In this document: in pieces, positions 10,266-18,569 of the stretch
How the letters are laid out: each line of letters starts with the position of its first letter
Numbering within the stretch: position 1 is the stretch's first letter
Origin: Candidatus Coatesbacteria bacterium
GTDB lineage: Bacteria; JAFGND01
Assembly (NCBI GenBank): GCA_016927185.1
Contig: JAFGND010000034.1
Coordinates: 62,001 to 97,426, forward strand
Direction of reading: 5' to 3'
Length of the DNA stretch: 35,426 nucleotides
Notes under the pieces: generated by a model
Seen by the model: only the letters and a program-made list of their open reading frames with translations
Database searches by the model: none
Told to the model about the DNA's origin: nothing
Position numbers and translations under genes: made by a program

Positions 10266-12365
10266 ATGAATTTCATAAAACGGTTTCTGATTTTCCTGTT
10301 CCTTCTTGCTGTCATACTACTCTATATCCCCGGTACTTATAAAAAGAAGCTTCCTGATTATAAACTTGATGACATTCCACAAACTAGCCTCATTTCAGAA
10401 ATAGAATTCGCTGTAACCAAAACAGATGAAGAAATCAGGAAGGAAAAAGAAAACAAGAAGAATGAAATCCCTCCATATTACAGATTTGATAAAACAGCAA
10501 TAGAAAATGCACTTTCAAACCTGAATAATCTTGTAGATAAAATAGACAGTTTTACAAAAAAAAGAAATCAGAAAGTATTCGCTGATTCACTAAATGAAAT
10601 AAAATCCAACTTTAAGGAAGCTGATTTCAAACTTATAAACAGAGATAATCTGGAGAATATAAAAAAGCAAGTTAAATCAATACTCGAAGAAAACTATATT
10701 ATTGATAGCGAGAAGGATATTGAAGGATATCAGGAGATATTTGTATCAAGAAAAGGTGATTTTTGGGAAAAGATAATGGCTAACAACCTTCTTTTCTTGA
10801 ATAATCTGGAAATTGGTGTCAGATCGATGCAATTAAATGAAGAATTCAAGGGTTTATTGCCATCAATAACTGCATATGTAACAAAGCATCCCACTCTCAA
10901 GGCAGATTCCCAGAAAAGAAATAATGTCATTGAGGAGAACCTTTCAAAGATAGGAAGCATAAAATATTACGTCAGGAAAAATGAAATAATCCTTGAGGCA
11001 AACAAGGTTATAAAGAATAATGATTTCCAGAAATACACTGCCTACAGAAATATCAGAAGTGGCAGTGAATCGAAATTCTCCCTAAGAAGCAGAGCTATTA
11101 AATTCTGCAGCTATGCCTTGCTAATTATGTCATTAATACTGCTTTCTTCATATGTCCTTAAGATTGTATCCTTGGAGGAGTATAAAAACAACAGATTTGT
11201 TCTTCTTCTAGCAGTTCTCCTTGCATTGACTGTTTTCATTACAGGACTTGTAAGGCATAAATATCCTGTTATTGGAGTCTATTTCATTCCTGTTTCGCTT
11301 TTCACTATGGTAGTTTCAATGCTCAAGAATAACAGGATAGCAGTAGTTCTTGGCTTTGTTTCATCTATAATAGTTGGATTGATTACCGAAAATAATATAA
11401 ACTGGGTGATCATTTCTTTTGCCAATTCTATGGCTGGTATCTATTCAGTTAAATATCTTAAAAACAGACTCTCGGTTTACAAATCAATCATAATAATTTT
11501 TATAGTCTGTTCAGTTATAAGTTCTGCGATAGTATTGATAGATGATCCAGTAATAACAGAGAAAATATTCTCTATTAAAAAATATAATCTAATCACTGAT
11601 GGATTGCTGATTATTGGTGGGCATGCTTTATTGAGCTGTCTTTTAACAATAGGATTTCTTCCCTTGCTTGAGAGTCTGTTTGGATTGACAACAGAAATAA
11701 CATTATATGAATATTTAGATTTAAACAGACATTTGCTCAAACAGATGTCAATCCAGGCAAAAGGGACATTCAATCATTCACTTATTGTTGCTGATTTAGC
11801 TGAATCTGCTGCAGTACAGATAGGAGCAAATCCTGTACTGGTAAGAGCTGGTGCATACTATCATGATATAGGCAAGACAAAAGAACCCATTTACTTCATT
11901 GAGAATCAGCATGAAAACAATCCACATGATCTTCTTCCCCCGCAAAAAAGTGCTAGAATCATAATAGGTCATATAGCAAACGGATTAGATATTGCTGATG
12001 ATTACAATATTCCAAAAGCAATAAAAGATATAATAATACAGCATCATGGAACAACTTTGACAAATAGCTTTTATCAGAAAGCATTGAAAATGCAAACTAA
12101 TGTTGTCAATGTTGAGGATTTTAGATATGCAGGTCCGAGACCTCAAACAAAAGAGGCTGCTCTTGTATTCCTGGCAGATCAAATAGAAACTGCAATAAGA
12201 AACACTGAACAGCAAAATATGGTTAAGATAGAGAAGATTGTAACCAGCATCATTAATACAAATATTGAGAATATGGAGCTGAATGAAAGCGGATTGACAC
12301 TCCTTGATATAGATATAATTGAAAAAGCTTTTATAAAATGCCTTTCAGAAATATATGCTTTATGA
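10266..12365 (+). CDS. 7TM receptor-like HD (HDIG) phosphohydrolase, PgpH/YqfF-like
   Basis: N-terminal TM segment, a large extracytoplasmic domain, 7 TM segments, then GTFNHS...YYHDIGK...HHGT...FRYAGPRPQTKE...AD. It sits in the conserved phoH-HD-ybeY order. Confidence 0.9.
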   Translation: MNFIKRFLIFLFLLAVILLYIPGTYKKKLPDYKLDDIPQTSLISEIEFAVTKTDEEIRKEKENKKNEIPPYYRFDKTAIENALSNLNNLVDKIDSFTKKRNQKVFADSLNEIKSNFKEADFKLINRDNLENIKKQVKSILEENYIIDSEKDIEGYQEIFVSRKGDFWEKIMANNLLFLNNLEIGVRSMQLNEEFKGLLPSITAYVTKHPTLKADSQKRNNVIEENLSKIGSIKYYVRKNEIILEANKVIKNNDFQKYTAYRNIRSGSESKFSLRSRAIKFCSYALLIMSLILLSSYVLKIVSLEEYKNNRFVLLLAVLLALTVFITGLVRHKYPVIGVYFIPVSLFTMVVSMLKNNRIAVVLGFVSSIIVGLITENNINWVIISFANSMAGIYSVKYLKNRLSVYKSIIIIFIVCSVISSAIVLIDDPVITEKIFSIKKYNLITDGLLIIGGHALLSCLLTIGFLPLLESLFGLTTEITLYEYLDLNRHLLKQMSIQAKGTFNHSLIVADLAESAAVQIGANPVLVRAGAYYHDIGKTKEPIYFIENQHENNPHDLLPPQKSARIIIGHIANGLDIADDYNIPKAIKDIIIQHHGTTLTNSFYQKALKMQTNVVNVEDFRYAGPRPQTKEAALVFLADQIETAIRNTEQQNMVKIEKIVTSIINTNIENMELNESGLTLLDIDIIEKAFIKCLSEIYAL

Positions 12366-12823
12366 AAGTATCAGTAATATATCTAAATCAGGAGAAATCA
12401 TTGGAATCATTATGGATTGGGAAAGTGATAAATGAAATAGTAGTCTCTGAAAAGAATATGATAGATTTAGAGGATTCTTCAATCAACATAGTCTTTGCAA
12501 GCGAAGAACAGATGAAAAGTTTGAACCTTGAATACAGGAGAAAGAATTTTTCCACTGATGTTCTTGCATTCAAGTATGAGGATAATGATTTCAATGATGA
12601 AGAAAAAATATCAGGAGAGATTGTAATCGCAGAAGAGTATATAAGGAGGCAGGCAAAAGAGGAGGGTGTTCCATATAATGAAGAACTGGCGAGAATGATT
12701 ATACATGGATTTCTGCATATTCTGGGTTATGACCACAAAAACAAGAAAGATCTTAAGAATATGACAGAAAAGACAGAAAACTACCTCTCCTTAACAAGAG
12801 GCTACTGGGAGGATATGAAATAA
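12362..12823 (+). CDS. ybeY: rRNA maturation endoribonuclease YbeY
   Basis: LNLEYR..TDVLAF, GEIVI and the zinc motif HGFLHILGYDH. ATGA overlap with the upstream stop. Confidence 0.95.
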   Translation: MKVSVIYLNQEKSLESLWIGKVINEIVVSEKNMIDLEDSSINIVFASEEQMKSLNLEYRRKNFSTDVLAFKYEDNDFNDEEKISGEIVIAEEYIRRQAKEEGVPYNEELARMIIHGFLHILGYDHKNKKDLKNMTEKTENYLSLTRGYWEDMK

Positions 12824-14358
12824 GTACTTTCATTTATCTGGAAGAAGCAGATATAAATGATGCCAGACTCGTCTTCAAGTGGCATAATGACAAGAAAACA
12901 AGAGAAATGTCATTTCATAAAAAACAGGTTTCATGGGAAGAATTTTTCAAGAAATATACCGAAAACGCATCTAAATCGAAAATTAAACCATTGATTGCTT
13001 ATCATAAAGGCAAGAGAATAGCTTTCATTTCCTTTAACGAAACTCCATATGAAGATGAAATAGAAATAAACATAAACATGGCTCCCGAAGCAAGGGGAAA
13101 AGGATTAGCTTCTGAGGTAATAAACAGGAGTTGCAGAATTCCCTTTCAGAAAGATATTAATATTATCCATGCATATATCAAATGTAATAATATTCAATCT
13201 ATAAAGTCATTCGAGAAAGCTGGATTTTATTTCTCAGAAAAAACATCAAAGATAAAGGAAATTAATAGCAAAGATTCAATAGAGATTTTCAGGTTTTCAA
13301 AACAAAAAACAGAACATAAAGATGATACTGAAAAGGTATTCATAATAGCAGAAGCTGGCTCAAATACAATCATGGGTAATACCAGGTTGAGTATGGAAAT
13401 GTCTAAAGCACTGATTGATGTCGCTGTAAATGCAAAAGCCGATGCAGTCAAGTTCCAGCTTTTCAATTCAAAATCCCTTTATGTAGAAGAAGCAGGAAAA
13501 GCAGGATATCTTTCAAAGAGAATAAAGAAAGAATCAATAAATGAGATAATAAGAAGCATTGAACTCCCGACAGAGATCATCAAGGACATATCAGAATACT
13601 GTTCTGAAAAGAATATAGAATTGATGATCACTCCATTTTCTGTTGATGAAGCAGTCATTGTCAATAAATATGTAAAAAGACATAAACTTGCTTCTGCAGA
13701 AATTACGCATATCAGGCTTATTGAATATATGGCAAACACAAAGAAACCTGTTATCATTTCAACTGGTGGAGCATCTATTGAGGAAATTGAGTGGACAGTC
13801 AATCATTTTTACAGAAACAGTGGAAAGGATATCGCAATAATGCATTGCTTGCTTGACTATCCTGCAAAACCTGATTCACTCAATCTCAATATAATAAAAG
13901 GGCTGAAGGAGCATTTCTGTCTGAAAGTAGGTCTATCTGATCATAGCTTATCTTTTGAAAGTGTTCCTGTTGCAGCGGTATCACTGGGAGCAAGGATTAT
14001 TGAGAAGCATTTTACCTTAAGCAGGAAACTGCCCGGTCCAGATAACTTCTATTCACTTGAACCTGAAGAACTCAAGAAAATGGTATGCCTGATAAGGGAA
14101 ACTGAGCAGATTCTTGGCAAATCCATAAAGACAGTACAGAAAAATGAGTTCAAACTTAGGGAATTTGCCCAGAGATCCATACAGGCAATTACTAATATCA
14201 GGAAAGGAGAATTATTTAAAGAGGGAGTCAATATAGGCATTTTACGTAGCGGCAACAAGACGAAAGGTATTCATCCAAAATTCATTGCTGACCTGGAAGG
14301 GAAAGAAGCCAGAAGGAATATCAGGGCAGGAGAAGGAATTATGGAGGAAGATAAATGA
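12820..14358 (+). CDS. Fusion of PseH-like GNAT N-acetyltransferase and NeuB/SpsE-type nonulosonic acid synthase (with C-terminal SAF domain)
   Basis: GNAT part has ARGKGLA and N..SIKSFEKAGF. NeuB part has IIAEAGSN, AVKFQ, ISTG, GLSDH, IEKHFTL and GPD. The GNAT-like sequence extends upstream of the first ATG (12907) to about 12820 (see findings). Confidence 0.85.
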   Translation: MSTFIYLEEADINDARLVFKWHNDKKTREMSFHKKQVSWEEFFKKYTENASKSKIKPLIAYHKGKRIAFISFNETPYEDEIEININMAPEARGKGLASEVINRSCRIPFQKDINIIHAYIKCNNIQSIKSFEKAGFYFSEKTSKIKEINSKDSIEIFRFSKQKTEHKDDTEKVFIIAEAGSNTIMGNTRLSMEMSKALIDVAVNAKADAVKFQLFNSKSLYVEEAGKAGYLSKRIKKESINEIIRSIELPTEIIKDISEYCSEKNIELMITPFSVDEAVIVNKYVKRHKLASAEITHIRLIEYMANTKKPVIISTGGASIEEIEWTVNHFYRNSGKDIAIMHCLLDYPAKPDSLNLNIIKGLKEHFCLKVGLSDHSLSFESVPVAAVSLGARIIEKHFTLSRKLPGPDNFYSLEPEELKKMVCLIRETEQILGKSIKTVQKNEFKLREFAQRSIQAITNIRKGELFKEGVNIGILRSGNKTKGIHPKFIADLEGKEARRNIRAGEGIMEEDK

Positions 14359-15065
14359 TGATTCTTGCTGTCTTGCTTGCAAGAATGAAATCAGAGAGAC
14401 TTCCAGGAAAAATAATGAAAACCTTGCTTGGAAAACCGGCTATTTATCATATAATGAAAAGAATAGAAAGATCAAGATTAATACAAAAAACAATTATCGC
14501 AATGCCGGATACCGAAAAGAATATTGAAAATGGTGCATATGTAAACTTCTGCAGGGATTTTCACATTGAACTTGGTTCTGAGTTGAATGTACTGGATAGA
14601 TATTACAGTGCTGTGACTAATTTCTTGAAGGACGAGATTCCCGAAGAATTGAAATTGGTTAGATTGACTGCTGATTGTCCATTGATTGATCCTGGAATAA
14701 TAGATGACACAATAAAAGCATTTCTTGAAAAAGATACTCTTGATTACATGATTTCAGATAATATTAGTAATCCAAAAGGTTTTGATATCGAAGTATTCAC
14801 TTTTACTGCATTACAAAAGGCATGGAACAGTGCATCAGCTCCAGATGATATTGAACATGTTACCCCATATATAAGAAACACTGGCAGATTCAAATGCGAT
14901 GTCTTCAGGTTTAAAAGCGGACTTCCCAGAGATGTTAATTTTAGCATGGATACTCAAAAAGACTATGAATTAATAAAAGAAATATACGAATATTATGGAA
15001 ATAATAATTTTTCAATTGACGATATAAGGCTCTGGTACAATAAAGTTAAGAGAAATAATGACTGA
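14355..15065 (+). CDS. SpsF/PseF-like acylneuraminate cytidylyltransferase family protein
   Basis: ARMKSERLPGK, GSELNVLDRY, RLTADCPLIDP, PKGFDIEVF and EHVTPYI motifs. Confidence 0.85.
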   Translation: MMILAVLLARMKSERLPGKIMKTLLGKPAIYHIMKRIERSRLIQKTIIAMPDTEKNIENGAYVNFCRDFHIELGSELNVLDRYYSAVTNFLKDEIPEELKLVRLTADCPLIDPGIIDDTIKAFLEKDTLDYMISDNISNPKGFDIEVFTFTALQKAWNSASAPDDIEHVTPYIRNTGRFKCDVFRFKSGLPRDVNFSMDTQKDYELIKEIYEYYGNNNFSIDDIRLWYNKVKRNND

Positions 15066-16320
15066 AGCGTTAATATCATTTTTATATTTATTTCAATATA
15101 TTGCGTTTTTATTATTACTGAGTGCTTCCGCTTTTTTCTCAAGCACTGAAACAGGCTTCTTCTCACTCAGTGAATTAGACAAATCTGCTCTTGAAGAAAA
15201 AAATCCTCTATTAAAGAAATACTTCGTTGATTTATCAAGAAGAGCTGAGCAATTCTTGATATCAATACTCATGGGAAACACATTCGTGAATGTTCTTTTG
15301 TCATCTATAGTAACAATAATAACTGTAAATGCTATAGGTGACAAGACTGGTCAGGAAGAAGCAACTGCAATAGCAATTCCAATAATCACTTTCATCCTAT
15401 TGATATTCGGAGAAATCACTCCAAAGACTTATGCTTTTGCAAAATCAAAAGATTATCTGCCTAGAGTTTTGAAAATTGCTTATTTTTATTTCAGGGCAAC
15501 AGAACCCATAAGTTGGATTCTGGTTTTTATCTCAACAAAACTCACTGGGAAAGCTGAAAGCAGGAAAAAAGGATTGCTGACGCTGGAGGAGCTTAAGCTA
15601 ATGGTGGATCAAGGACAGGAAATAGATGCAGAAGAAAAGGAGATGATTCACAGCATATTCAAGTTCGGCGAAACCTCAATAAAGGAAGTAATGACTCCAA
15701 GACATGATATAATAGCCATGTCCATAAAATCAACAATAAGAGATTGCTGGGAAATCTACAGGACACACCAGTATTCAAGGATACCGGTTTTTCAGAATAA
15801 TTTTGATGATATTGTAGGGATTTTCTATTCAAGGGATATCTTCAAGTTTCTTGATGAGCCTGATAGAACATTAGAGCAAACCAATCTTAGAAATGTCAGT
15901 TTCATTCCTGAAGTAAAGAATATTGAAGATCAACTTCTCGATTTTCAGAAAAGCAGACAGCATATTGCAGTAGTTGTAGACGAATACGGAGGAACTTCAG
16001 GAATAGTGACTTTAGAGGATATCCTGGAAGAAATTGTTGGAGAAATAACCGATGAAAAAGATGAAGTAGAACAGAATATAATCAAGATAGATAACAGAAC
16101 ATACCTGATAAGAGCTAAAACCTCCATTGAAGATGTTTCAGAAATCATTACTGAGGAATTACCGGAAAGAAATTATGAGACTATTGGAGGTTTTGTCTAT
16201 AGCAAACTTGGAAGGGTTCCAAAAGCTGGTGATGTGATCGCCTGGAACAATTATAGATTCAGCATTGAGAAAATACAGAAAAGAAGAATACTCTGGATAA
16301 GGTTATGCATAAAGGATTAA
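15058..16320 (+). CDS. HlyC/CorC (CNNM-CBS-CorC) family transporter
   Basis: SAFFSSTETGFFSL, GNTFVN, FGEITPK, VMTPR, YSRIPV, VVDEYGGTSGIVTLEDILEEIVGEI and YETIGG motifs. Confidence 0.93.
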   Translation: MTEALISFLYLFQYIAFLLLLSASAFFSSTETGFFSLSELDKSALEEKNPLLKKYFVDLSRRAEQFLISILMGNTFVNVLLSSIVTIITVNAIGDKTGQEEATAIAIPIITFILLIFGEITPKTYAFAKSKDYLPRVLKIAYFYFRATEPISWILVFISTKLTGKAESRKKGLLTLEELKLMVDQGQEIDAEEKEMIHSIFKFGETSIKEVMTPRHDIIAMSIKSTIRDCWEIYRTHQYSRIPVFQNNFDDIVGIFYSRDIFKFLDEPDRTLEQTNLRNVSFIPEVKNIEDQLLDFQKSRQHIAVVVDEYGGTSGIVTLEDILEEIVGEITDEKDEVEQNIIKIDNRTYLIRAKTSIEDVSEIITEELPERNYETIGGFVYSKLGRVPKAGDVIAWNNYRFSIEKIQKRRILWIRLCIKD

Positions 16321-17645
16321 TGAAAATTGCACTTTTGATACTTGCATTATCAAGCCTGCTTCATGCAGCAAATGATAATGCCATTTTCGAGATAAACATT
16401 TGGCTTACGCTTATTGCACTGTCAATAATTGGAGCTGGTATTTTTGCAGGTGCTGAAACAGCTTTTACAGTTATTAACAGGTTCAAGATAAAACTGGATG
16501 CTGATCATGGTGACAAGGTAGCAGAACGTATAAAAATACTGCTTCACAAGCCAGACAGATTCATTGCTACGACATTAGTGGCAACCAATCTTTGTGTAGT
16601 AGCTGCATCATCTCTTGTTTCTTCGCTAGTTTTAAAACTGGTGAAAGGAGTTCCATATGAAACAGTTTATCTGTCCATAGCTCCTGTCTTGACAACAATA
16701 ATCTTGATGATTGCTGGAGAGATAATTCCAAAGATTATTGCTATAAATTATGCAGATGTTCTTTCCAAGTATCTGTATATTCCGATATGGACCTGTAATT
16801 ATCTATTGCATCCAGCTGTCTGGCTTACAAGCACTATTTCAAGAGGAATACTTGCTTTGTTCAAGATCAAGTCAAAGGATCCTTTCACAATGGATATTTC
16901 AAGACAGGATATAAGCAGAGCGATTTCCAGAGGTGAGGAAGCTGGATTGCTTGATAATCATGAAAGAAAGATGCTAGCTAGCGTATTGACTTTTTCAAGC
17001 AAGACAGCAAGGGATCTTATGGTTCCGAGACTGGAAACCATAGCAGCGCCTGTTAATGCAACTTACAAAGAGCTTATTTCAATAAGCCAGCAATATGGAA
17101 TCTCAAGAATAATCATATATGAAAACGAGATTGAAAATACGATTGGTTTTGTTCATATATTAGACTTATTGCTTGTAAAAGAAGAGGGGCAAACAGCAAG
17201 AAACTTCCTGAGAGACTTGCCTTATTTTCCAGAAACAAAATTCTGCGACAAATTACTTAAGGACTTGAAGGCATCAAGAGTAGGTATTGCAGGAATAATA
17301 GATGAATTCGGGACTTTTCAGGGGATAGTTACATTGGAGGATCTGCTTGAAGCCTTGTTTGGTGATATAAAGGATGAATTCGATATTGAAGAAGATGAAG
17401 ATGTAAAGCTTCTGAAAGATGGTACTTACGCAGTTTATCCTGGAATCACAATTGAAGAACTCAGGGAAAAATTACAAATAAATATTCCACCTTCAGGAAA
17501 TTATGAAACTCTTTCTGGTTATCTGTTGTATAATTTCAAGAGAATTCCAAGGAAGAATGAAGTTCATGACAAGTTTGGATATGAATTCAAGATAACCGAA
17601 GCTTCTTCAAGAAAAATTGAGTTAATAAACATAAAGAAAAAATAA
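16320..17645 (+). CDS. Second HlyC/CorC (CNNM-CBS-CorC) family transporter
   Basis: FAGAETAF, GEIIPK, LMVPR, IDEFG...GIVTLEDLLEALFGDIKDE and YETLSG motifs. TAATG overlap with the upstream gene. Confidence 0.9.
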   Translation: MKIALLILALSSLLHAANDNAIFEINIWLTLIALSIIGAGIFAGAETAFTVINRFKIKLDADHGDKVAERIKILLHKPDRFIATTLVATNLCVVAASSLVSSLVLKLVKGVPYETVYLSIAPVLTTIILMIAGEIIPKIIAINYADVLSKYLYIPIWTCNYLLHPAVWLTSTISRGILALFKIKSKDPFTMDISRQDISRAISRGEEAGLLDNHERKMLASVLTFSSKTARDLMVPRLETIAAPVNATYKELISISQQYGISRIIIYENEIENTIGFVHILDLLLVKEEGQTARNFLRDLPYFPETKFCDKLLKDLKASRVGIAGIIDEFGTFQGIVTLEDLLEALFGDIKDEFDIEEDEDVKLLKDGTYAVYPGITIEELREKLQINIPPSGNYETLSGYLLYNFKRIPRKNEVHDKFGYEFKITEASSRKIELINIKKK

Positions 17646-17761
17646 GCGGTCAGTTACCCCTGTATCATAAAAATTGAACATATCAATAATATCAATCTAT
17701 TTACTTGACATAACTAGTTTGATTTAAATAGAAAGCAATGGAATAAACATGGAGGTTATGA

Positions 17762-18553
17762 ATGCGTAATATTTTTGTTTTTGCATTAATCATTCTTGGT
17801 TTTGGCTTGTTATCTGCAGATGCCATAGATTTAGGTCCTCATGGAGGAATGTCTTTTGGTTACAAGAATCCGACAAATCCGGACGAGAAACTTGAATTGG
17901 CACCATCAGTAGGTTTTCATTTCAATATAAGGGCAGCAAAGGTACTTGATTTTGGGGGATATTTTACATATACTCACCTGGGAAAATATCCATTTACCAT
18001 GAAGGATTTCATTGAGAGATATATGGGAACAGATATGGAAAACTATTTTAATGATTTTTTCAAGGATCAATCAAATGCATCCCAGTTTAATCAATATATG
18101 GGTAAATATGGTTTTTCATATGAGCAGTTTCAACAGCAAGGATTTGATGGATTCAAGAAGTACATGGAAGACAGAATGGCTGAAATGGGTAATGATACAT
18201 TAATGATGGTCAATTATCATGAAATAGGTATTGGTATTGATGTAAGGAAGAGATTTCCACTTCCAGGTGGAGTAGTACAACCTTTCATTGGTGCAGGAGG
18301 CAATGTCCATTTTCAGACATCAGATGATCAGATGCTGTCAGTTCTTGCCCAGACGCAGACAGGAACAAGCTCTTCATTCTCAGCTTTCAAATTGAACACT
18401 GTCCCTGGAATGCATGTATTTGGTGGTATAATAATCAAGCCGCCTGCTGTTCCTCTTGGTTTCAATGTCGAATACAGACAGAATTTCCAATTCAAGAGAG
18501 ATACTACAAATGCATATGGTAATTTGACAGGGGGATTATCTTTAACTTTCTAG
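17762..18553 (+). CDS. Outer-membrane beta-barrel protein with a large helical insertion
   Basis: Signal peptide, alternating amphipathic strands (GFHFNIR, PFIGAGGNVHF, GFNVEYRQ) and a C-terminal beta-signal GLSLTF. Strong SD GGAGG at 17751. Confidence 0.7.
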   Translation: MRNIFVFALIILGFGLLSADAIDLGPHGGMSFGYKNPTNPDEKLELAPSVGFHFNIRAAKVLDFGGYFTYTHLGKYPFTMKDFIERYMGTDMENYFNDFFKDQSNASQFNQYMGKYGFSYEQFQQQGFDGFKKYMEDRMAEMGNDTLMMVNYHEIGIGIDVRKRFPLPGGVVQPFIGAGGNVHFQTSDDQMLSVLAQTQTGTSSSFSAFKLNTVPGMHVFGGIIIKPPAVPLGFNVEYRQNFQFKRDTTNAYGNLTGGLSLTF

Positions 18554-18569
18554 ATAACAGAAAGAAATT

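Noticed and set aside
17705-17735. TTGACA hexamers at 208, 9111, 17705 and 30143 as promoters
   Set aside because: No convincing -10 at 16-18 nt spacing, and such hexamers arise readily in AT-rich DNA.
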